From: Anaerolineales bacterium
GTDB taxonomy: Bacteria; Chloroflexota; Anaerolineae; Anaerolineales; E44-bin32
Length of the DNA: 55,653 bases
Assembly: GCA_041302385.1 (NCBI GenBank)
Contig: JBFYRF010000095.1
Coordinates: forward strand, 1-55,653
Direction of reading: 5' to 3'
A model generated the notes under the pieces. The model had not been told where the DNA came from. It saw nothing but the letters and a program-made list of their open reading frames with translations, and made no database searches. This document shows positions 44,577-54,057 of this stretch, piece after piece (positions within the stretch are counted from its first letter, which is position 1; every line of letters begins with the position of its first letter). Both the position numbers and the translations under genes were made by a program.

Positions 44577-45491
44577 CTACTTGCCGGGTGAACCCTCGAG
44601 CACCAGCGTTCCCCATGTTGTCGGGTTGAGCAGCCTGCGCGTGGCAACACTCGAGACCATGCTCTGCTGGACAGTGGCCCCGGCCTTATCGTTGTCGGAC
44701 AGTGAGAGGGCAAATCCGAAGCTCAGACCGTCGGCTGGGGTGATCCCAAAGGTGCTCCAGGGGATCTGAGCTTCGAGCACGTAGCCATCGCCGCTGGCCT
44801 TGGCCTTGAGGGTGACCCCGCTCAGCTTGCCGGCAAGCGCTGCCGGGAACCAGCGATAGGCCTCTGGCGCTCGGCCGGCGAAGTCGCCAGCGGAAAGGCC
44901 GATCTGGTAGTCGTCGCTGCTCAGGTAGGTCGAGGTCAGATCCGCAGCCAGGTTGGCGTCGAGTTGGATCTCGACGTCGTCGCCCAGATACAGCCTCGAA
45001 CCACTTGCCAGCTGCACGTGCTTGTCGTCGCGCACGCCGATCGCAAGATAGAGCGAGCTCTCGTCCCATCCGATGTAGTACGACCCGGAGCAATCGGCCG
45101 ACCCCGTCCAGTTGTTGCTGCCGAAGACGATCTGGTTAGCGGCGTACACGGTCGAGGTCCACTCGGCCAGATCACCGTCGATCGTGGGCGGCGAGGCGAG
45201 GCGCACGGCGCGAACCGGTGTCCCATTGGGCCGTGCCTTTGAGGGGTCGAGGGTCGCCGCCGGGGTGAGCGCCAGGGTCGCGGCCGGCCCGGTGGGGGTC
45301 AGTGTCGGGGGTGACTGCGTTGGGACCAGCGCCTGGGTCTCCGTCGCCGTGGGTTGGAAGATGGCCGTGAGCGTAGCGTTGGGCGTGGGCAATACGATCG
45401 GCGTCGGCGCGGTCATCCCGGGCAGGGCGCAGGCCGGAATCGCCAGGGCGATGCAAGCCAGCAGCATCCAGGTCCTATTGCGGTCGCTCAT
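44577..45491 (-). CDS. secreted CBM9/DOMON-like carbohydrate-binding-domain protein with a Thr/Pro linker
   Basis: Signal/lipobox-like LLACIALAIPAC, a Thr/Pro linker, then PPTIDGDLAEW...YIGWDESSLYLAIGVRDD...DDVEIQLD (CBM9-like pattern). ATG ending at 45491 after GAGGAG. The ORF extension overlaps the tRNA. Confidence 0.7.
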   Translation of the reverse strand: MSDRNRTWMLLACIALAIPACALPGMTAPTPIVLPTPNATLTAIFQPTATETQALVPTQSPPTLTPTGPAATLALTPAATLDPSKARPNGTPVRAVRLASPPTIDGDLAEWTSTVYAANQIVFGSNNWTGSADCSGSYYIGWDESSLYLAIGVRDDKHVQLASGSRLYLGDDVEIQLDANLAADLTSTYLSSDDYQIGLSAGDFAGRAPEAYRWFPAALAGKLSGVTLKAKASGDGYVLEAQIPWSTFGITPADGLSFGFALSLSDNDKAGATVQQSMVSSVATRRLLNPTTWGTLVLEGSPGK

Positions 45492-45541
45492 CTCTACTCC
45501 TCGCTCGGCCAAGCCGCCGGGCAGCGTCGAATGGGGCGGGT

Positions 45542-45625
45542 GGGAGTCGAACCCACACGAGGTTGCCCTCAAGGGATTTTAAGTCCCCGGCGTCTGCCAG
45601 TTCCGCCACCGCCCCCGGCAGAGGA
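45542..45625 (-). tRNA. tRNA-Leu (anticodon UAA)
   Basis: 84-nt cloverleaf. Acceptor stem GGGGCGG/CCGCCCC plus discriminator A. Anticodon stem GGGGA/UCCCU with loop CUUAAAA. Long variable arm (GAGG..CCUC). T-arm GUGGG-UUCGACU-CCCAC. CCA is not encoded. Confidence 0.92.
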
Positions 45626-45657
45626 TTGTATATCAGCCGGGGTGCGGCTGGTAGACG

Positions 45658-46176
45658 CTAGCCTGGAGGGCAAACGTCGTCAAACGTCACTTCGGGCAAT
45701 CGTGCCTGCAGGGCGCCGGGCTCGGAGCTGGTGCTTGACACCCACACCCAGGCGTGCAGGTCGCCGTCGCGCACCGGCTGGGCGCGGGCGCCGAGGGGTG
45801 AGTACACCCACTGGCCGTCTGCGCCGTGGGTGAAGTAGGCCCAGTAGCTGCAGCTACCCAGGCTGTTGCACTCGCAGAAACAGCCCTCAGCCGGGAATCG
45901 GCAGCCCTCGCCGTCGATGGCGCACACGATTGAACCCATCGAGTTGGCGGCGTCAAGGCTGACCTCCCAGCCCGCGTCGAGCAGCACCTGCTCCCCATTG
46001 CTCTTGTCGCCCCTCAGCTGGACGCAGGCTTGCTGCACGTCTCCGCTGGGGCCGCGCACAACGAGCGCCGCTCGCCCAGCATTGGGTGGGGCGGGCGCAC
46101 GGCACCCGCTCAGCGCGGCGGCAACGAGCAGGATCAGCAGCACGCTCGGCCCGAGGATTGAACGCGTGGGGTACAA
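45658..46176 (-). CDS. lipoprotein, tentatively DUF4430-like, with a Cys-rich insert
   Basis: Lipobox AAALSGC. The C-terminal SYWAYF..G...W..S..G......RDGD...WVW resembles DUF4430. Start tentatively TTG at 46176 after GGAGG. The ORF extends to 46293. Confidence 0.5.
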   Translation of the reverse strand: MYPTRSILGPSVLLILLVAAALSGCRAPAPPNAGRAALVVRGPSGDVQQACVQLRGDKSNGEQVLLDAGWEVSLDAANSMGSIVCAIDGEGCRFPAEGCFCECNSLGSCSYWAYFTHGADGQWVYSPLGARAQPVRDGDLHAWVWVSSTSSEPGALQARLPEVTFDDVCPPG

Positions 46177-46292
46177 GTGACGCTTCGCCTCCAGCTCACC
46201 CGATCGGGCAAGGTCACAGGTTATGATAGCCGCCGATCGGCGGGGCGCAAGCGGCTCGACCCTCCCTCGGCGCCGGCCACCGACAGACTGCA

Positions 46293-46301
46293 TGCTATAA
46301 T
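46293..46301 (+). promoter_or_regulatory. extended -10 promoter (TGcTATAAT) for secA
   Basis: TGCTATAAT ends 21 nt upstream of the secA ATG. Confidence 0.5.
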
Positions 46302-46322
46302 GCGCGCCCGAGGTCGGTTTCC

Positions 46323-49300
46323 ATGCTCAAGAACATCGGCAAGATCGTTGGCGGCGATCCCATCCGTCGCCAACTTGCGCGCTACGCGGATCAGGTCGAC
46401 CAGATCAATGCGCTTGAACCTCGCATGCGCTCGCTGAGCGAGGCTGAGTTGCGCGCGCTGACGGGCGACTTCCGCCGCCGGCTGCAGGCTGGAGAAGGGC
46501 ATGCCGCCCTCATGGCTGAGGCCTTCGCTGCCGTGCGCGAGGCGTCGGTACGAACCGTCGGGCTTCGCCATTTCGACGTCCAGCTGGTCGGCGGGATCAT
46601 CCTGCACGAGGGCAAGATCGCCGAGATGCGCACCGGCGAGGGCAAGACGTTGGTGGCGACGCTGCCCATGTATCTCAACGGCCTGGACGGCCAGGGTGTG
46701 CACTTGGTCACCGTGAACGATTACCTTGCCCGGCGCGATGCGCGCTGGATGGGCCCGATCTTTCACGCCCTCGGCATGCAGGTCGGCGTGCTGCAGGAAG
46801 CGGCGCGCACCGAGCATGGGCGCAAGGCGTTCGTCTTCGATCCCGAGCGCAGCTCCGTCCAGGAGGACGCCCACCAGCTCCGGCTGGTGGACCGCAAGCA
46901 GGCCTACGCGGCGGATATCACCTACGGCACAAACAACGAGTTCGGTTTCGACTACCTGCGGGACAACATGGCCATCTCGCTGGAGGGGCGCTCCCAACGC
47001 GGCCATCACTACGCCATCCTGGACGAGGTCGACAACATTCTGATCGATGAGGCCCGCACCCCGCTGATCATCTCCGGGCCCTCCCAGGAAGACCCGCAGC
47101 TGTACGAGCAGATGGCTCGCGTGGTGAGCCAGCTTCGGCCGGAGGACTATGAGGTCAACGAGCGCAACCGCACGGTTGTGCTCAGCGAGGCCGGCGAGCA
47201 GCATATCGAGCAGCTGCTGGGCGCTCCACTGCGCGACCCCGACCGGCCGGAGGACATCGCTCCTGAGCAGGCGCGGCTGTTGGGTCACCTGGAGCAGGCG
47301 CTGCGGGCAGAGCATCTGTTCAAGCGCAATAAGAACTACGTCGTTCAGGCGGGACGAGTGATCATCGTGGACGAGTTCACCGGGCGCATGATGGCCGGCC
47401 GGCGCTGGTCCGACGGACTGCACCAGGCGGTCGAGGCCAAAGAGGGCGTGAAGGTGCGCGAGGAGAACGTGACCTACGCCACCGTCACGCTGCAGAACTA
47501 CTTCCGCATGTATCGCAAGCTGTCCGGGATGACCGGCACCGCCCTGACCGAGGCCGAGGAATTCAACAAGATCTACAAGGTGGATGTCATCCCGCTGCCG
47601 ACCAACCTGGAATTCATCGCCAGCCGCCCGGAGAGCGATCTGCTGGAGGTCGACTACCGCGAGGACGGGTCGCGCTTCAGCTTCTTCACGCGCAAAGACG
47701 ATCCTGAGCAGTCGCCGGCTTTCTGGCGGCGCAAGGACTACCCCGACCTGGTCTACCGCACCGAGGAATCCAAGCTGCGGGCAATCGCCCAGGAGATCCT
47801 GATCCGGCATGTGCGCGGCCAGCCGATGCTGGTCGGCACCACCTCGGTCGAGCTCTCGGAGCGGCTGTCCGGTCGGCTGCGGGCGGAGCCGCTGCAGCGG
47901 ATGGCGACCGCCGTACTGCTGCGCGACGAGTACCTTCGCCAGCATGAGATCTCTGATCCGGCGACCCGCGTCGAGCCCCTGTTGCCCCTGCACCAGCCGC
48001 TGGAGGCGCTGACCCCGGCGGTGATACGCCCAATCGCCAAGGAGCTGGATCTCGTCCCCAACCCGACCCGTCCCGAGAATCTTGAGAGGCTGCGCCAGGC
48101 CCTGGGGCTGTCGTCGGAGGACGATGAGCGCCTGCTGCAGGCGCTGGAGGCCGGCATCCGGCATGCCGTGCTCAACGCCAAGAAGCACGATGAGGAGTCG
48201 CGCATCATCGCTGGCGCCGGAGCGCTGGGTGCGGTAACGATCGCCACCAACATGGCCGGACGCGGGGTGGACATCAAGCTGGGCGGGGAAGTCGCCGAGG
48301 AGGTCCTGGCCGCTGTCAACCGCGTGCTGAGGCGTTCCGGCATCGCCGACCCCGAAGTGCTCAACATGGAGGAACGGCTCGAGGCCGTGAGCCGCCTGGG
48401 GCTGGAAGATCTCGGGATCTACGACGCGGAGATCGAGCTGTTCCGCCAGTTCATCGCCGAGGAGAAGCGGGTCAAGCACGTCGGCGGGCTACATGTGATC
48501 GGTTCGGAGCGCCACGAGGCGCGCCGGATCGACAATCAGCTGCGCGGCCGCGCCGGCCGCCAGGGCGATCCGGGGTCGTCGCAGTTCTTCCTCTCGCTGC
48601 AGGATGAACTGATGCGCTTGTTCGGCGGGGAGCAAGTGGCCTCGCTGATGCAGCGCTTGAATATCGACGACAGCGTGCCGATCGCCCATTCGATCGTCAA
48701 CAAGACCATTGAGCAGGCGCAGACCCGGGTTGAAGGAGCCAACTTCGACACCCGCAAGCACCTGCTGGAGTACGACGACGTCCTGAACAACCAGCGGGAG
48801 GTGTACTACGGGCTGCGCAACCGGGTATTCTCCAAGCATGACCTGACGTCTGATATCCAGGAGATGGAGTCCGCCGAGGTCGAAGCCCACATCGTTGCCG
48901 CGCTGGCGGATGAGGAGGGCCCCTGGCGCCTGCTCGCCTGGTTGGAGGAGGCTCAGCCGACGCTCAACCTTGAATCGAGCGATCCCTATCCCTCCTATAT
49001 GCTGCGCTTGCTGAAGGACTCGCTCGCCTCCGCGGGCTCGGGGGAGGAACTCAAGCTCGGGCTGCTTGACATCGCCCGACGCTCGCTCGATGGCCAGTAT
49101 GCCCACCTGGTGAAGGCACTGGACGCGATCCTGGTGAGCACGCTTGACCGCCTCGAGGCCCAGGTTAAGCAGCGCGTCGAGGAGGCCGAGTTGGCGGTCC
49201 AGGGCGTGCTGCTCGAAGCGGAGGAGCAGGAGAAGGAGCTCGACCCGCGCAGCATCGTCCAAGCCCTCGAGCGGGTGGCCGGACTGCGCCTGCAGCTTGA

Positions 49301-50318
49301 CGCGGCAGGTCTGGAGCAGCTGCGCGAGGATCCGGCACGGCTGCAACGGATGCTGCCGGATCTGGTTGAGGCCAGCATCGGTGTGCGCGCCTGGGCGGGT
49401 GCGGTGCAGGCGATGGAACGCCGGCTTGGGGAGAGCCTGGGACTGGAAGCTGCCCTGAAGGCGCCGATCGACTGGGATCAGGCCGAGGACGAGCTGCGGG
49501 CTGCGCTGGACCAACTCTGGCAACGCCGACAGCAAGAGACGCTCAGCGAGATGCAGCGCGAACTGCAGGATTGGATCGCCCAGGGCGACCCGGCCGATCC
49601 GGCGCTGCGCATCCGGCTGCTCGTACGGATGAGCTACGGGCAGCGCGCCTTCTTCGACCGGCGCACCCACCAGAAGCGGTCGGTGATGGTGGCGCGCCTG
49701 ATGTATCCGTTCTTGGCCGTCGAGCTGCTGCCGACCCTGGAGATCAAGCACCTGGCCGACGACATCCTCGAGCACCTGGGCGGCGCCCACGAGGCGCTGT
49801 ATACCGCTCTCGGATCCGGTGAGCTGCGAAGAATGCGGGACCTCGGGGCGGACGGCCTGTCGGAGGAGCAGGCGGAACTGCTCGCCAAGGCGCGCCAGGC
49901 CGACGAAGATATCCCCCTGCCGGAGGGCCCGGTGGCCGACTGGCCCGATCCCGTTCGCCAGGCGGCGGCCCCGCTGCTGGGCAGGTTGATCGCCAGCCAG
50001 TCGTATCGGCGCCTGATCCTTTCCGTCGGCGACCGGCTGTGGGTGGACTACCTGACGGAGATGGAGGCGCTCAGGACGTCGATCGGCCTCGAGGCCTATG
50101 GTCAACGCGACCCGCTGGTGCAGTACAAGAGCCGCGCCTCGGACATGTTCCGCCAACTGATGCATGACATTCGCGCCGGAGTGATCTCGCGCATCTTCCG
50201 CATCCAGGCGCCTGCGCCACAGGCGGAGTCCGCCCGTCCGACTGTGGCGGGTGGGGAGCCTGCGCCTCAGGCCCAGCCGGCGCCCCAGGCAGGAAAGCGC
50301 AAGCGTCGCCGGCACTGA
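46323..50318 (+). CDS. secA: preprotein translocase ATPase SecA, unusually long (1331 aa)
   Basis: Walker A MRTGEGKTL, DEAD-like ILDEVDNILIDEARTPLIIS, NBD2 TNMAGRGVDIKLGG and RGRAGRQGDPG, and a C-terminal scaffold LWVDYL..MEALR..IGLEAYGQRDPLVQYK. Confidence 0.95.
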   Translation: MLKNIGKIVGGDPIRRQLARYADQVDQINALEPRMRSLSEAELRALTGDFRRRLQAGEGHAALMAEAFAAVREASVRTVGLRHFDVQLVGGIILHEGKIAEMRTGEGKTLVATLPMYLNGLDGQGVHLVTVNDYLARRDARWMGPIFHALGMQVGVLQEAARTEHGRKAFVFDPERSSVQEDAHQLRLVDRKQAYAADITYGTNNEFGFDYLRDNMAISLEGRSQRGHHYAILDEVDNILIDEARTPLIISGPSQEDPQLYEQMARVVSQLRPEDYEVNERNRTVVLSEAGEQHIEQLLGAPLRDPDRPEDIAPEQARLLGHLEQALRAEHLFKRNKNYVVQAGRVIIVDEFTGRMMAGRRWSDGLHQAVEAKEGVKVREENVTYATVTLQNYFRMYRKLSGMTGTALTEAEEFNKIYKVDVIPLPTNLEFIASRPESDLLEVDYREDGSRFSFFTRKDDPEQSPAFWRRKDYPDLVYRTEESKLRAIAQEILIRHVRGQPMLVGTTSVELSERLSGRLRAEPLQRMATAVLLRDEYLRQHEISDPATRVEPLLPLHQPLEALTPAVIRPIAKELDLVPNPTRPENLERLRQALGLSSEDDERLLQALEAGIRHAVLNAKKHDEESRIIAGAGALGAVTIATNMAGRGVDIKLGGEVAEEVLAAVNRVLRRSGIADPEVLNMEERLEAVSRLGLEDLGIYDAEIELFRQFIAEEKRVKHVGGLHVIGSERHEARRIDNQLRGRAGRQGDPGSSQFFLSLQDELMRLFGGEQVASLMQRLNIDDSVPIAHSIVNKTIEQAQTRVEGANFDTRKHLLEYDDVLNNQREVYYGLRNRVFSKHDLTSDIQEMESAEVEAHIVAALADEEGPWRLLAWLEEAQPTLNLESSDPYPSYMLRLLKDSLASAGSGEELKLGLLDIARRSLDGQYAHLVKALDAILVSTLDRLEAQVKQRVEEAELAVQGVLLEAEEQEKELDPRSIVQALERVAGLRLQLDAAGLEQLREDPARLQRMLPDLVEASIGVRAWAGAVQAMERRLGESLGLEAALKAPIDWDQAEDELRAALDQLWQRRQQETLSEMQRELQDWIAQGDPADPALRIRLLVRMSYGQRAFFDRRTHQKRSVMVARLMYPFLAVELLPTLEIKHLADDILEHLGGAHEALYTALGSGELRRMRDLGADGLSEEQAELLAKARQADEDIPLPEGPVADWPDPVRQAAAPLLGRLIASQSYRRLILSVGDRLWVDYLTEMEALRTSIGLEAYGQRDPLVQYKSRASDMFRQLMHDIRAGVISRIFRIQAPAPQAESARPTVAGGEPAPQAQPAPQAGKRKRRRH

Positions 50319-50511
50319 GCGGGCCGATCCTGGCACCAGATTAGCCCGCGCCGCCGGTAGGAGCGACGTACCCCCCGATATCCTGCCCACAGCGGGCGGG
50401 ACCATCCTCCCAATATGGCGCCCAAGACGCTTGTGATAGCCTAAGTCTGTGCAGCGGCGGCAGCCGCTGCCTTCGAGAGGGCAGGCGTTGGCGTTCCTAT
50501 CCGACCCGTTT

Positions 50512-51534
50512 ATGCAATCTATGATCGACTTCCCGAAGGTCGAACTCCACCGGCACCTGGAGGGCTCACTGCGGATGTCGACTGTGCTCGACGTCGCCCG
50601 CCACGAGGGCCTGTTTTCCGGGTGGAGTGAAGCTCAGTTGGCTGCGGCCGTGCGGGTGAACGGGCATGAGCCGCACAATTGGGCGAACTTCCTCGGCAAA
50701 TTTGACACGCTGCGGGGGCTCTACGCTTCGCCCGAGGTGATCGACCGCATCACCCGCGAGGCCATCGAGGACGCCGCTGGCAATGGAGTGCGCCACCTGG
50801 AGCTCCGCTTCACGCCGGCGACGCTGGCGCGCCGACGCCGGTTCCCTATTGATCAGGTCTTCGCCTGGGTGGTCGCTGCCGCCAACGCGGCGGGTCGGGC
50901 GCATGCGATCTCGGTCCGCCTGATCGCCAGCATCAACCGGCATGAGTCCATTGAAGAAGCAGAACGCGTCGCTGCAACGGCGTGCGAGTGGATTGGACGG
51001 GGGGTGGTGGGGCTCGACCTGGCCGGCAACGAGGTCGAGTTTCCCGCTGAGCCGTTCCGCGCGATCTTCCTGCAGGCCCGTCAGGCCGGGCTTGGCCTGA
51101 CCGTGCACGCCGGGGAGTGGACCGGGGCGGCCAGCGTCGAGCATGCCATGGTCGCCATGCAGGCCGACCGGATTGCCCACGGCGTGCGCATCCTCGAAGA
51201 TGAACGCCTGGTGGCGATAGCCGTCGAGCGGCGCATCTGCTTCGAGGTCTGCCTGACGAGCAATGTGCTCTCAGGGGTGGTCGCCCGACTGGAGGATCAT
51301 CCGCTGCCCCGCATGATCGAAGCCGGGCTGCAGGTGACTCTCAACACCGACGACCCCTCGGTGTGTGGCGTACAGCTGAGCGACGAATACGCCCGGGCGG
51401 TGACCCGCCTGGGTCTTTCGACGGTGACCCTGGCGGGCATGGTGCTGGCGGCGAACCAGGCCAGCTTCCTGCCCGGCCGTGAGAAGATGCGACTGGAGAC
51501 GGAGCTGCGGCCGGAGCTGTTGGCGCTGGCCTGA
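50512..51534 (+). CDS. add: adenosine deaminase
   Basis: KVELHRHLEGS, HAGE and LNTDDP metal and catalytic motifs. ATG at 50512 or 50521. The ORF opens at GTG 50449. Confidence 0.85.
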   Translation: MQSMIDFPKVELHRHLEGSLRMSTVLDVARHEGLFSGWSEAQLAAAVRVNGHEPHNWANFLGKFDTLRGLYASPEVIDRITREAIEDAAGNGVRHLELRFTPATLARRRRFPIDQVFAWVVAAANAAGRAHAISVRLIASINRHESIEEAERVAATACEWIGRGVVGLDLAGNEVEFPAEPFRAIFLQARQAGLGLTVHAGEWTGAASVEHAMVAMQADRIAHGVRILEDERLVAIAVERRICFEVCLTSNVLSGVVARLEDHPLPRMIEAGLQVTLNTDDPSVCGVQLSDEYARAVTRLGLSTVTLAGMVLAANQASFLPGREKMRLETELRPELLALA

Positions 51535-51561
51535 CCCAGCTGTGTCCGGAGTGCCTGCGGG

Positions 51562-52431
51562 GTGCAGTTCGGAGATCTGGAAGTCCACTTGGTCAATGAC
51601 GGCCAGGTGCACGTCGATGTCGGCGGCGCATTTGGCCTGACGCCGCGCGCCCTCTACCGTTCGTACTTCGACCCGGACGAACAGAACGCGGTCCCCATGA
51701 CGCTCAACTGCATGCTCGTCCGTTCACGCGGGCTGACGATCCTGGTCGACACCGGACTGGGGGATCGTCTGACGCCTGAGGAGACTCGCCGATGGCGGCT
51801 TGAGCGGCCAGACGGCGGACTGCTTGCAGGCCTGCAGCGCCTGGGGGTGACCGCTGAGGACGTCGACCTCGTGGTCAACACACACCTGCACGCCGACCAC
51901 TGCGCCGGCAACACCCTCCTGCAAGACGGGCGCCTGGTTCCGGTCTTTCCGCGCGCGACCTATCTGGTCCAGCGCCTGGAATGGGCGGAGGCCGTGAACC
52001 CGGATGCCCGCACGCGGGGAACGTACTTCGGCGAGAACTACATGCCGCTGCTGGAAACCGGGCAGCTGGAGCTGCTGCACGGGGATGTGGAGCTGACGGA
52101 TCAGGTCCGTTTGATGGTCACGCCAGGCCATACCCGTGGACACCAGTCGGTGGTGCTTGAGTCCGGGACGTGGCGCGGGTTGTTTGTCGGCGACATGGCC
52201 AGCTACGCCGCCCACTTCGAACGCACCGGCTGGGTAACTGCCTACGATGTGTTGCCGTTGGAGAGCATCGCTACCAAGGAGCGCTGGCAGGCCTGGGCGG
52301 CCGAGCAGGGTGCCTGGCTGTTCTTCGAGCACGATCCCGAGAGGCCGATCGGTTGTCTTGAGCCGCAAGCCGGCCGGTGGAAAGTGGTACCGCCGCCTGT
52401 TGCGGCTAGCTCCGCTCCTCCCACTCACTGA
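51562..52431 (+). CDS. MBL-fold metallo-hydrolase (lactonase-like)
   Basis: HLHADHCAGN (HxHxDH) and a downstream TPGHTRGH. GTG start. Confidence 0.8.
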   Translation: MQFGDLEVHLVNDGQVHVDVGGAFGLTPRALYRSYFDPDEQNAVPMTLNCMLVRSRGLTILVDTGLGDRLTPEETRRWRLERPDGGLLAGLQRLGVTAEDVDLVVNTHLHADHCAGNTLLQDGRLVPVFPRATYLVQRLEWAEAVNPDARTRGTYFGENYMPLLETGQLELLHGDVELTDQVRLMVTPGHTRGHQSVVLESGTWRGLFVGDMASYAAHFERTGWVTAYDVLPLESIATKERWQAWAAEQGAWLFFEHDPERPIGCLEPQAGRWKVVPPPVAASSAPPTH

Positions 52432-53164
52432 CCGATTCGCGAATCAACTGATTGATCTTGGCATCCGGGACCTGATCCAGCGGATACGACTGCAGTCCGA
52501 TCAGCACGCGCACGCCGCCTTCGGGGCTTGGCGCCAGGCGGATGCCTTGAGGCAGCTCCGGCGCCAGCGCCAGCTTCCGTTCGAGGATAGCGTTGATCTG
52601 GTCGAGCATGCTGCCGCCTCGCAGGGCAGCTTCCTCCGTCCGGCGCTCCTCGGTGGGCCTGAGCTTGGGAGGAGCGGCGAACCAGGTCTGAAGATCTCGG
52701 GCGGCCGTCTCCAGGCGCAGCCAGTCACCCGAGGCGCGCAGCTCGTCCACCGTGCGATACTGGCGCGGCCCCACCGCGATCAACAGGGCGCCGGTCACCT
52801 CATCCCGCAGCAGGCGCCCTACGTCGACCGTGCGCGCTGGGGGAGGGGCTGCGGCGACCGCGGCGGGCTGTGCCGGCGGAGTGGGAGGAGGTGCGGCGAG
52901 GGCAGCAGGCTGGTCCAGCGGCGTGGGAGGCGGCGCCGGCGGCGTGGCAGGTGGGGCCTGCAGGGAGGGGGGCGGCGCTGCGGCGCGGGCTGCCGGCTCG
53001 GGCGGCGCGGACGCTGGGGGAACGACGATCTGCGCTCCCTCCTGAGCCGACTCGGGGCCGGCAGAGCTCTCACTGCGCCGGCTGAGGATTAGCGCATACG
53101 CCAGAATGGCCAGCGCGATTCCGGCGACGATCAGCAGCAAGCCAAAGATCAAAGTTGTGCTCAT
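52406..53164 (-). CDS. membrane-anchored protein with a Pro/Ala-rich linker, unknown function
   Basis: N-terminal TM (LIFGLLLIVAGIALAILAYALIL), about 80 aa of P/A-rich sequence, and a C-terminal globular region of about 130 aa. ATGA overlap with the mutM stop. Confidence 0.6.
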   Translation of the reverse strand: MSTTLIFGLLLIVAGIALAILAYALILSRRSESSAGPESAQEGAQIVVPPASAPPEPAARAAAPPPSLQAPPATPPAPPPTPLDQPAALAAPPPTPPAQPAAVAAAPPPARTVDVGRLLRDEVTGALLIAVGPRQYRTVDELRASGDWLRLETAARDLQTWFAAPPKLRPTEERRTEEAALRGGSMLDQINAILERKLALAPELPQGIRLAPSPEGGVRVLIGLQSYPLDQVPDAKINQLIRESVSEWEERS

Positions 53165-53994
53165 CCGACACCTCGTGGCTCGGGCTGACAGCGCGGGCAG
53201 AAGTGGGTGCTGCGCTGGGCTTGAACGATCCGCTCAATCGGTGTGCCGCACACCGGGCATGGCTCACCGCCTCGCTGGTAGACGCGGAAGTGGTTCTGAT
53301 ACTCGCCGCCGCGGTACACCCAATCGATGCTCGACCCATTCCGGCGCAGCCCCTCTTGGAGCGTTTCCCGGATGCCGTTCCACAGACGGCGTGCATCCTC
53401 CGTGCCAAGCCTGTGGCTGGGGAGGAGAGGATGCAGGTGGGCAAGGTGCAGGGCCTCGTCGGTGTAGATGTTGCCCAGCCCGGCGACGAAGCTCTGATCC
53501 ATCAGCAGCGGTTTGAGGGCGCGGCGGTGCGCCGTCAGGCGGTGGTGGAGCGCTTCGGGGGTGAAGGCCTCATCGAGCGGATCTGGCCCCAGGGCGCCGA
53601 GGCGGGGTGACGGATCGGTGACCAGGAACAGCCTCCCGAACTTGCGCGCATCGCTGAACCGCAGGTCCCAGCCACTCTGCAGATGGAGCACCGTGCGATC
53701 GAACCGCCCGGCGGGACTGTCACTGGGCACCACAACCAGGTCCCCGCTCATCTTCAGGTGGACAAGCAAGCAGGCGTCGCTCAGGGGGAGCACCAGGTAT
53801 TTGCCTCGCCGCAACACGCCCTGGATGGTCTGCTGGCGGATACGTCGGCGAAAGGCGCCCGGGGCTGGTTCGCCGATGTGCCGCGGCCAGCGCATGGTCA
53901 CACTCGAGAAGGTTTGTCCGGGAAGGGCTGGTGCACCCTGATGTCCAAGGCGCAGGTTGCGGGCAATCGTCTCCACTTCCGGGAGCTCCGGCAT
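53161..53994 (-). CDS. mutM: formamidopyrimidine-DNA glycosylase
   Basis: N-terminal MPELPEVE (catalytic Pro2/Glu3), an H2TH region, and a C-terminal zinc finger CPVCG...FCPRC. Confidence 0.92.
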   Translation of the reverse strand: MPELPEVETIARNLRLGHQGAPALPGQTFSSVTMRWPRHIGEPAPGAFRRRIRQQTIQGVLRRGKYLVLPLSDACLLVHLKMSGDLVVVPSDSPAGRFDRTVLHLQSGWDLRFSDARKFGRLFLVTDPSPRLGALGPDPLDEAFTPEALHHRLTAHRRALKPLLMDQSFVAGLGNIYTDEALHLAHLHPLLPSHRLGTEDARRLWNGIRETLQEGLRRNGSSIDWVYRGGEYQNHFRVYQRGGEPCPVCGTPIERIVQAQRSTHFCPRCQPEPRGVG

Positions 53995-54057
53995 GCCGCG
54001 GATTATACAGTAGCCTGTTGGCGCACTTGCCTGGGAAGATCGTCCTTTGGTCCCGCC

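Noticed and set aside
45542-45625. tRNA-Leu as an integration site for a genomic island
   Set aside because: There is no integrase, no direct repeat of the tRNA 3' end and no phage or mobile genes on either side. The neighbours are ordinary secreted proteins and secA.
46221-50405. Two very long minus-strand ORFs (752 aa and 638 aa) opposite secA
   Set aside because: They are antisense to an unambiguous secA. Their composition is low-complexity and Arg/Leu/Gly/Gln-rich with no recognisable domains. They are a GC-bias artefact.
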